A stretch of DNA of 64,000 nucleotides, taken from a virus. Under the pieces are notes generated by a model that made no database searches, was not told the DNA's origin, and was given only the letters and a program-made list of their open reading frames with translations. Shown here in pieces: positions 57,697-64,000 of this stretch (its first letter is position 1; every line of letters starts with the position of its first letter). The stretch is from positions 1 to 64,000 of IMG/VR virus record IMGVR_UViG_3300042454_000021, one strand, 5' to 3'. The position numbers and the translations under genes are program-made.

Positions 57697-58152
57697 ATGA
57701 AAAAATTAAAGAAAGCTCAAGTTGGAAGTTTAGTAAAAGGACTATTTAAAGGTGCAATTAAAGGCACTGGAAAAGCTGCAGCTAAAACAGCTCCTAAAGT
57801 ATTAACTTTAGCTGAAAAAGTAGAGGCTAAAAAATTTGCACAAACACCATTAGAAAAGAAAATAGGAAAAGATGCAGATAAAACTTTAAAAAAGTTAAAC
57901 ATTAATAAGTACAATGAAACTCCTCCACCAGCATTCAAATTAACAGCAGAACAAAAAGCTAATAATGATAGAATTCTTAAGAATGCTAACAATAATATGA
58001 AGTCTGGTGGTATGATTAAACGTGCTGATGGTTCTATGTCTAAGCGTGGTTTATGGGACAACATTCGTGCTAACAAAGGCTCAGGTAAGAAACCTACAGC
58101 TGCTATGTTAAAGCAGGAGAAAAAAATTAAAGCTCAAACTAAAAAGAAATAA
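57697..58152 (+). CDS. Lys-rich protein with KKAQVG and MKSGG motifs
   Basis: 151 aa; C-terminal GLWDNIRANKGSGKKPT. Confidence 0.65.
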   Translation: MKKLKKAQVGSLVKGLFKGAIKGTGKAAAKTAPKVLTLAEKVEAKKFAQTPLEKKIGKDADKTLKKLNINKYNETPPPAFKLTAEQKANNDRILKNANNNMKSGGMIKRADGSMSKRGLWDNIRANKGSGKKPTAAMLKQEKKIKAQTKKK

Positions 58153-58154
58153 CA

Positions 58155-58550
58155 ATGAAAACAATGAAAAAAGCACAAGCTGGTGCATCTGTTAAAATTA
58201 AAGTTAAAGCTAAACCATTACCTAAAGCAGGTAAACAAACTCCTGCAGACTTCCTTCCAGGATCTTATGATAAGTTACCACGTACAAAAAGTGGTGGAGC
58301 TAATTATGATGGACCTAAAGCTGGACCTCGTGAGATGAATCCTAAAGGTATGTCTAAAAATGGTAGTATGATGAAAAAAGCTAAAGTTGGTGGAGAATTT
58401 GGTATGTTATCAGTGAAAGCTGGTATCGATAAGAACCCTAATCCTACAGCTGCTGATCGTATTGCAGGTGCTACTAAAGGTAAGGCTAAATCAGGAGCTA
58501 TGATGAAAAAAGGTGGTGCTATGAAAAAATGTAAATATGGCTGTAAATAA
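58155..58550 (+). CDS. Lys/Gly/Met-rich protein with KKAQAG and MKKGG motifs
   Basis: 131 aa; FGMLSVKAGIDKNPNPTAADRIAGA. Confidence 0.65.
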   Translation: MKTMKKAQAGASVKIKVKAKPLPKAGKQTPADFLPGSYDKLPRTKSGGANYDGPKAGPREMNPKGMSKNGSMMKKAKVGGEFGMLSVKAGIDKNPNPTAADRIAGATKGKAKSGAMMKKGGAMKKCKYGCK

Positions 58551-58551
58551 T

Positions 58552-58734
58552 ATGAAAAAGAAAGCTCAATCAGGTGCAGCTGTTTCTAACAAGTTCACCA
58601 TCACTGCAAAACAAGCTCCAGATAAATTAGGTAAAAAACCTTCTAAGGTTGATACTACAAAATCATTTGAGAGTAATAAATTCACTATACCTAAGAAGAC
58701 TATGAAGTCTGGAGGTAAAATGAAAAAGAAATAA
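58552..58734 (+). CDS. Small Lys-rich protein with KKAQSG and MKSGG motifs
   Basis: 60 aa from ATG 58552; internal repeat SNKFTI x2. Confidence 0.6.
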   Translation: MKKKAQSGAAVSNKFTITAKQAPDKLGKKPSKVDTTKSFESNKFTIPKKTMKSGGKMKKK

Positions 58735-58901
58735 TGATTAAGAAAAAAACAAAGCCTGTGCTTAAAATGCACAAGCCTGCAAAGGCTCCTAAAGTGGCAC
58801 CTCCTAAACCAGTTGATGCTAACTATATGAAGGAGGCTGATACGCCATCACGTCTTAAGAGTAAGATGTGGCCTTTGAAACAAAAAAGACTTTCTAAATA
58901 G
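58734..58901 (+). CDS. Small Lys/Pro-rich protein (not in the ORF track)
   Basis: 55 aa: MIKKKTKPVLKMHKPAKAPKVAPPKP...KRLSK; TAATG-coupled. Confidence 0.55.
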   Translation: MIKKKTKPVLKMHKPAKAPKVAPPKPVDANYMKEADTPSRLKSKMWPLKQKRLSK

Positions 58902-58943
58902 ATTTTTGTTCGTTTCGATTAAATTTGTGATTTTGGGTTAAGT

Positions 58944-58976
58944 AAAAAGGGAACCATTTGGCTCCCTTTTTCTTTT
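58944..58976. terminator. Bidirectional intrinsic terminator
   Basis: AAAAAGGGA-A-CCA-TT-TGG-C-TCCCTTTTT between convergent gene blocks. Confidence 0.8.
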
Positions 58977-59511
58977 ATGGTTGTAGTGAATTATAGGTAG
59001 ATAGCACTTTATTAATGTAATATTTGTTCTTTGCTTTATTATAACAGTTTTCAGCAAATATACCATCTGCATCTCTTCTACTTAAAACAAATCTTTCATT
59101 ACCTACTAATGATGTATGTAAAATAAAGTTATGACTATCTACATAGCTTAATTTAACTATGTTTCCATACAATCTATGTACACCACTGGTCCATACTTGA
59201 TCAAATGATATAAAGTCATTATCTAAATCTTTGATATTATCCCATAAGTCTGGATGCATAGTTGTATCATCATCATTAAAGTATATCCAACCTTCTGTTA
59301 CTAGATCGATTGCTAAGTTTCTTTGTGCATTTCCACACACGCTGTTTATATCTTTAATGCAATAAGCTTCACATTCTGGGATGTTTTCTGGAATAGTCTC
59401 TGAATCAAAAACAACAATCCACCTGTAGTTATCTTTAGGGATATTGATGCTTTTTGAAACAGCATCTAAAAACTCTGGTCTACTACAAGGGGTGATAATA
59501 TTTAAGAACAT
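58975..59511 (-). CDS. GT2-like glycosyltransferase
   Basis: IITPCSRP, GNAQRN and YFNDDD. Confidence 0.8.
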   Translation of the reverse strand: MFLNIITPCSRPEFLDAVSKSINIPKDNYRWIVVFDSETIPENIPECEAYCIKDINSVCGNAQRNLAIDLVTEGWIYFNDDDTTMHPDLWDNIKDLDNDFISFDQVWTSGVHRLYGNIVKLSYVDSHNFILHTSLVGNERFVLSRRDADGIFAENCYNKAKNKYYINKVLSTYNSLQP

Positions 59512-60155
59512 TCTTTATCATTTCTATGTAACACCAATAACTTATCATTATCCCATCCTGGAGAAAACTTTAACTCATGATCAGCCATAATAAATGTAGC
59601 TGATGAGAAGTATTCTTTAATACCATCTATAGCTTCTATATATCTATTCTCATCTTCCTTAAGGAAAATGTCTTCGATAACAATTATACCTCCTGGTTTA
59701 ACACACTTATATGCTACGTTTAGAAATCTAATCTGATCCTCAAATACATGTGTAGAGTCTTCTATGATTATATCAAAGAAATCATTCTTGTTAAATACGC
59801 TCTTAATAGATTCTTCATTGGTAACATCTATATGAATGTATGTAGCATTTCTCAGATTATCACGTATTCCTTTTTGCAATTTATCATCATGATATTCATA
59901 TCCAAATAAAGCTGCATTAGGAAAGTATTCTCTCCAACATAACATTGAATGGTTGTCCAATATTCCCACTTCACCTATTGTAATTTCCTTATAACGAAGT
60001 TGCGAGAACAATAGGTTATATATAGATGTATAAGCATGTCTATGCAAATGAGATTCATTGTGATAAGGACACTTATCTGTAGGATACTTAACAGCAAGTT
60101 TACACAAATCTGTATTAGCATGTGTAGAGTCAATACTTATTCTATTTATTTGCAT
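59502..60155 (-). CDS. Class I SAM-dependent (sugar O-) methyltransferase
   Basis: TDK...HAY..IY, EVGI...S...WREYFPNA, DIIIEDSTH and KPGGIIVIED. Confidence 0.82.
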   Translation of the reverse strand: MQINRISIDSTHANTDLCKLAVKYPTDKCPYHNESHLHRHAYTSIYNLLFSQLRYKEITIGEVGILDNHSMLCWREYFPNAALFGYEYHDDKLQKGIRDNLRNATYIHIDVTNEESIKSVFNKNDFFDIIIEDSTHVFEDQIRFLNVAYKCVKPGGIIVIEDIFLKEDENRYIEAIDGIKEYFSSATFIMADHELKFSPGWDNDKLLVLHRNDKECS

Positions 60156-60894
60156 TGATGAAATCTTTTAACATTTGATTATAATCTTTATCCCAATGAG
60201 GATTAAGTGTGACTTCGCCTACAGGAACATTTCCTTTGCGTCTTTCTCTTTCTATATGAGCACTATGTCTTTGTATAGCGTTGAGTTTTCCAGAATGATC
60301 TGTACCCTCACCACTCATATGATATCCTCTACCACCCCACATATAGAACCAACTAGCTTCTTCTTTAGGTGGCTTAGCAAACAGCCTTCCCCCATAAGCA
60401 TTGATGTTTTCAATAAAAGTCATATCATATCCAGCATTCTCAAGAGGATGCCCTCCTATAGCTTTCCAAGCTGACTTTCTAAAAACAATACCAGAGTTAC
60501 CTATCCAACCAACTTGTTCAATACCTGTAATGTGACATAGTACACCTACTTCCCAATGAATAATGTTTACATCATTAGTCATGTATTTAACTACATTCTG
60601 TAAATGATTTGGTAGGGCTACATCATCATCATCCCATTGACATATAATTTCTCCTTGACACATCTCTGTTGCATAGTTTTCTTTTTCTCCTATGGTATCA
60701 AAAGTTTTGTCTAGGTTAACTATCTTAACTTGTGGATGATCAAATACAAGAGTTTGTAAAGGATAATCATTAACTATGATAAGCTCACACTTGTCAGCAG
60801 GATAGTCCTGCTTGAGGAAAGATTCTACACTCTCCTCAAGCGTGGACACTCTACCATAAGTTATACACTTACATGAAATGAAAGGTAGTTCCAT
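60142..60894 (-). CDS. GT2 glycosyltransferase
   Basis: CITYGR...ESFLKQDY...ELIIVND, IGEKEN and WDDDD. Confidence 0.88.
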   Translation of the reverse strand: MELPFISCKCITYGRVSTLEESVESFLKQDYPADKCELIIVNDYPLQTLVFDHPQVKIVNLDKTFDTIGEKENYATEMCQGEIICQWDDDDVALPNHLQNVVKYMTNDVNIIHWEVGVLCHITGIEQVGWIGNSGIVFRKSAWKAIGGHPLENAGYDMTFIENINAYGGRLFAKPPKEEASWFYMWGGRGYHMSGEGTDHSGKLNAIQRHSAHIERERRKGNVPVGEVTLNPHWDKDYNQMLKDFINANK

Positions 60895-60895
60895 A

Positions 60896-61183
60896 TTACC
60901 AAACTAAAATCACATCAAATGGTGTAACTAATAACTTATTCTCATCACCAATAGGAATCACTGGGGCTTTACCTAATGCTCCTGGATCAACTAAGATCTT
61001 ATCACCTATGTTAATGCTAGTAACAAGATCACCTACAGCATGTACTGTAAGCTTATTAAGTTTCTGCATCATCTCTCTTTCAAGAGCTTCTTTTGTGTTC
61101 TCGTCCACAATAAGTTTACCTTCATCTTTCTTAGGAAGGTCTAAAAGGATTCTATTTCCTAGTAATTTTTTAAAATCTGCCAT
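60896..61183 (-). CDS. groES: GroES-like co-chaperonin
   Basis: KLLGNRILL, VHAVGD.V..INIGDKILV and a terminal ..DVILVW. Confidence 0.7.
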   Translation of the reverse strand: MADFKKLLGNRILLDLPKKDEGKLIVDENTKEALEREMMQKLNKLTVHAVGDLVTSINIGDKILVDPGALGKAPVIPIGDENKLLVTPFDVILVW

Positions 61184-61458
61184 TATGCTTCAATGTTTGT
61201 TAGTTTTTTAAATCTTATAATGTCATCACCTTTCAAATGAATATCTGATTGGAAGATGTCACGCTTACGTTGTACACCTATCACCTTATTAGTCTTAGGA
61301 TTAAGTGTAGGAACCTCTTCAACACGCTCATGGATATCATCTAGTAATACTACTAGCTCATCATCAAATGCAATGCTGCGAATTACTTTATTCACATTGA
61401 AAGAGTCTGTAAACTCTTTGTCACCCTCTTTACGAGTGTAGAAAAATTGATTTGTCAT
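61183..61458 (-). CDS. Hypothetical protein
   Basis: 91-aa ORF coupled within the operon. Confidence 0.55.
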   Translation of the reverse strand: MTNQFFYTRKEGDKEFTDSFNVNKVIRSIAFDDELVVLLDDIHERVEEVPTLNPKTNKVIGVQRKRDIFQSDIHLKGDDIIRFKKLTNIEA

Positions 61459-61868
61459 TGGTTTATTTTGTTTAAAATTGCAATACGTCTTCTGTTAACT
61501 TCTTCAAATCTGTACATATCATTCTCTACAGATTCATGTTCTGGTAAAGTTAATAAAATAATATTAGATTTATCATATTGTAGTTCAGGATATTTACTCT
61601 TAGGGAGGATGTGATGAAAGAATGTTGATAATGCTTCTCCTCCTAGATAATCTCCACTCACTTCTGAGTAATGTTTGCGTTCTTTCCAGATTTCTAAGAA
61701 CAAGTTTCTCATTGTCTCTATCTTAGTCTTCTGCACAAACATGTCACGCTTAGCTGCTATCAGCCCACCTCGTTTAGGAGTGATGGGTTTACGCTTGATG
61801 TGACTCAAACATAAACCCTTACTCCATACAGGCTTATCACAATTTTCTACAGAACATGATTTTGCCAT
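61455..61868 (-). CDS. Zn-finger plus HNH-like endonuclease
   Basis: CSVENC...GLCLSH; SEVSG..L, HHILPKSKYP...NIILLT..EH. Confidence 0.65.
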   Translation of the reverse strand: MAKSCSVENCDKPVWSKGLCLSHIKRKPITPKRGGLIAAKRDMFVQKTKIETMRNLFLEIWKERKHYSEVSGDYLGGEALSTFFHHILPKSKYPELQYDKSNIILLTLPEHESVENDMYRFEEVNRRRIAILNKINQ

Positions 61869-62142
61869 CTTGTTTTTCTATTAGAAGATTGAGATAAGTT
61901 TGGGCCTTCTTTAAATCTTCCAGCCCATTCTTACGTCTCCATCTCAGTAAATACTTTAACACATTACCTTCCAGAAAGTCTAATCCATACTCATTAGCTA
62001 TATCGATTACATCAAAGGCATATCCTTTGTAATGATCTGGATGTACAGGTCTTTCCATCTGACCTATTTCATCCATTTCTAGTCTATTTTTTAATGTATT
62101 ACCTTGTAGCCTATGCTCAATTTCCTGTTGATCCATGTCCAT
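61837..62142 (-). CDS. DUF3310 (SaV-like) protein
   Basis: HPDHY...FLEGNVLKYLLRWRRKNGLEDLKKA. Confidence 0.8.
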   Translation of the reverse strand: MDMDQQEIEHRLQGNTLKNRLEMDEIGQMERPVHPDHYKGYAFDVIDIANEYGLDFLEGNVLKYLLRWRRKNGLEDLKKAQTYLNLLIEKQDGKIMFCRKL

Positions 62143-62542
62143 CTGTTCCTCTTTGTGTTTCTGATAGTTCTTCTACTTCTACATATTTTGCTAATGGTAC
62201 TGGTATAATTACTAGCTGAGCAATACGATCACCTATTTTATATAGTTCTCTAGTATTGTGGTTAGTTTTAATATTAAATGTTACCATTATCTCACCTCTA
62301 TATCCACTATCTATTACACCTACAGAGTTAGCCATACTTAGTGCGTAGTTACGTACAGAGGAACGTGGGAACACAAGTCCCACCATTCCTTCTGGTATCT
62401 CTACAGCAAGTCCTGTACCATATACTATTTGAGACTCTGTTGCCCAAGCAACTGTAGCTACAAGATCTGCACCTGCATCTCCTGGTTTGCCAAACTTAGG
62501 CTTCTGTGCCTCTGGATTCAACTTCTTGAAGTGTATCTTCAT
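62117..62542 (-). CDS. dut: Trimeric dUTPase
   Basis: DAGADL, PRSS, GVIDSGYRGEI, GDRIAQL and RGTDGHGSTG. Confidence 0.95.
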   Translation of the reverse strand: MKIHFKKLNPEAQKPKFGKPGDAGADLVATVAWATESQIVYGTGLAVEIPEGMVGLVFPRSSVRNYALSMANSVGVIDSGYRGEIMVTFNIKTNHNTRELYKIGDRIAQLVIIPVPLAKYVEVEELSETQRGTDGHGSTGN

Positions 62543-63563
62543 CTTCTGTTTCGTTTATTTCGTTTACGTTATTAATTTTATCCACAATATCCTGACGCAG
62601 TTTGTCAAAGAATTCTTCATTGTCTGTTAGTAGAGTTCTAAACTCGTCAAGCTCATACTTGATCTCATTGTATGTAATAGTCTTACCATACTTACGTAAG
62701 ATTGCAAGGTCACTAGCCATGTCCATGATCTCTAACATACGATCAATACCTACGCCAAACAATATCTCAAACTCTACACCCTTGAAAGGAGGAGCCATCT
62801 TGTTCTTGATAGTCTTAATCTTAGTTAGATTACCATAAGCTTCTGTACCTTCCTTAGCAAGAGTCTTACTAACTTCTACGCGCACATCACTATAGAACTT
62901 TAATGCATGACCACCTTGAGTTGTTCTAGGATCACCAAACATTACACCAATCTTCTCACGATATTGACTTACTACAATAACACATGTCTGGTGCTTAGAT
63001 AGAATACCCTTTAACTTAGGATAGACATCACTGTTAAGCTTAGCTTTTCTACCAATAGAACTATCACCCACCTCACCATCTAAGACTTTCTTAGGGATTA
63101 AAGATGAATCTGAGTCAATGATAACAAGATCAATCTCTCCAGTGTTAATCATATCCATAGCAATTTGGAAACCCTCCTCGCCACAAGTTGGCTGAGAGAT
63201 TAGCATACTTGCAATATCTACACCTAGAGCAGTGAAGTAGTTAGGATCAACAGCATGCTCGCCATCGATGTACAACACCTTACCACCATTAGATTGACAG
63301 TTAGCTACAGCATGTCCACAGATAGTAGATTTACCACTACCCTCCCAACCTACAAGTTCATAAAGTTTCCCTTTAACGAAACCTCCCACACCTAGAGCGA
63401 TGTGGTCAAATGCAATAGATCCTGTAGAAATAAGATCATATTCATTGTGGTTTTTATCACCTAAGGATAAGATAGTACCCACGCCATACTTTTTGTTGAG
63501 CGCATCTAATGCGTCATCCAGCTTAGATTTACCTGAAGCTGCTTCTGTTTGCTTTTTTGCCAT
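62496..63563 (-). CDS. recA: RecA recombinase
   Basis: GWEGSGKST Walker A, YIDGEHA, IDSDSSL, GGHALKFYSDVR and KNKMAPP. Start at MAKKQ (63563). Confidence 0.95.
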   Translation of the reverse strand: MAKKQTEAASGKSKLDDALDALNKKYGVGTILSLGDKNHNEYDLISTGSIAFDHIALGVGGFVKGKLYELVGWEGSGKSTICGHAVANCQSNGGKVLYIDGEHAVDPNYFTALGVDIASMLISQPTCGEEGFQIAMDMINTGEIDLVIIDSDSSLIPKKVLDGEVGDSSIGRKAKLNSDVYPKLKGILSKHQTCVIVVSQYREKIGVMFGDPRTTQGGHALKFYSDVRVEVSKTLAKEGTEAYGNLTKIKTIKNKMAPPFKGVEFEILFGVGIDRMLEIMDMASDLAILRKYGKTITYNEIKYELDEFRTLLTDNEEFFDKLRQDIVDKINNVNEINETEDEDTLQEVESRGTEA

Positions 63564-63603
63564 TTCGTTTATTTTTTTGTTATATAAAGTTACAAATAAT
63601 TCA

Positions 63604-63645
63604 TTAAAAAAGAAATAGCCTAGAAGCAAAACCTCTAGGCTATTT
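63604..63645 (-). terminator. Intrinsic terminator after the RNR operon
   Basis: 12-bp stem AAATAGCCTAGA/TCTAGGCTATTT (63613-63645) with a T-tract on the minus strand. Confidence 0.8.
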
Positions 63646-63667
63646 GGAACTCTACACAATCTAAATA

Positions 63668-63820
63668 CTAATCTTTAGAGCCCTTCACCCACTTAGGAGT
63701 GTAAGGACAATTTGAACATTTACTGCCACAGCAGGAGCCTCTACTTGCTAAGAACTCCTTAGACAAGCTCGCAGGCACCTCCACCACAGGCAACTGATTC
63801 GTTGAAGTTAACTGTATCAT
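63668..63820 (-). CDS. DUF5522-like small Cys-rich protein overlapping the RNR 3' end
   Basis: 50 aa: MIQLTSTNQLPVVEVPASLSKEFLASRGSCCGSKCSNCPYTPKWVKGSKD (RGxCCGxxCxxCPY). Confidence 0.65.
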   Translation of the reverse strand: MIQLTSTNQLPVVEVPASLSKEFLASRGSCCGSKCSNCPYTPKWVKGSKD

Positions 63821-64000
63821 CTATCTCTTTGATTTTAGTGATATCGATTTCTTTAAGTTCACCAATAAGTGAATTATATTTCTCTTCAGTGATGTCCTCA
63901 AAAGGAGCTTGCTGATAAGACCCACCCCAATAAGGTAGTACAGACAAACCATTATAGAACTCACGATTCTCCCACATCCAATCACCTACAGCTTCCCACT
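63759..64000 (-). CDS. nrdJ: Ribonucleotide reductase, class II (RTPR/NrdJ-like), C-terminus (truncated)
   Basis: WMWENR..YNGLSVLP..GGSYQQAPFEDI...ACGGGACE, with the C-terminal redox Cys pair. Confidence 0.8.
   Translation of the reverse strand, partial: WEAVGDWMWENREFYNGLSVLPYWGGSYQQAPFEDITEEKYNSLIGELKEIDITKIKEIDDTVNFNESVACGGGACELV

Noticed and set aside
1-64000. Stop-codon reassignment (TAG or TGA), known in some crAss-like phages
   Set aside because: Very long ORFs (3914, 1672, 1669 aa) are intact in the standard code and coding density is high. The muzzle split is at TAA TAA.
1-64000. tRNA or rRNA genes, integrase or transposase
   Set aside because: None was recognised. Intergenic gaps are short and showed no cloverleaf or T-loop signature by eye; tRNAscan-SE would confirm.

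Overview
AT-rich 64-kb segment of a crAss-like (Crassvirales-related), probably environmental Bacteroidota phage, read in the standard genetic code. Order along the window: tail ring, IHF-like and muzzle (tail stabilisation) genes; cargo genes; a 3914-aa virion RNA polymerase with a DFDID motif; a 1672-aa partner; a Gly-Thr-Ser-repeat fibre with an S74 chaperone. Next come a flavin-dependent halogenase with five 2OG-Fe(II) oxygenases, a convergent minus-strand glycosyltransferase operon (including an autotransporter-type O-heptosyltransferase), and a lysis region with a GH19 endolysin. These are followed by mucin-like Ser/Thr proteins flanking a glycosyltransferase resembling plant peptidyl O-glycosyltransferases (GT95/GT96), an array of about 10 small Lys-rich ORFs, and a minus-strand block (GT2s, methyltransferase, GroES, dUTPase, RecA, class II RNR end). 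Two candidate novel systems stand out: (1) a phage-encoded virion O-glycosylation system (a mucin-like coat), and (2) a family of small basic proteins sharing a KKAQxG/xxxGG peptide tag with the large cargo proteins, possibly a capsid-loading signal. All family assignments come from recognising motifs by eye; no database search was run.
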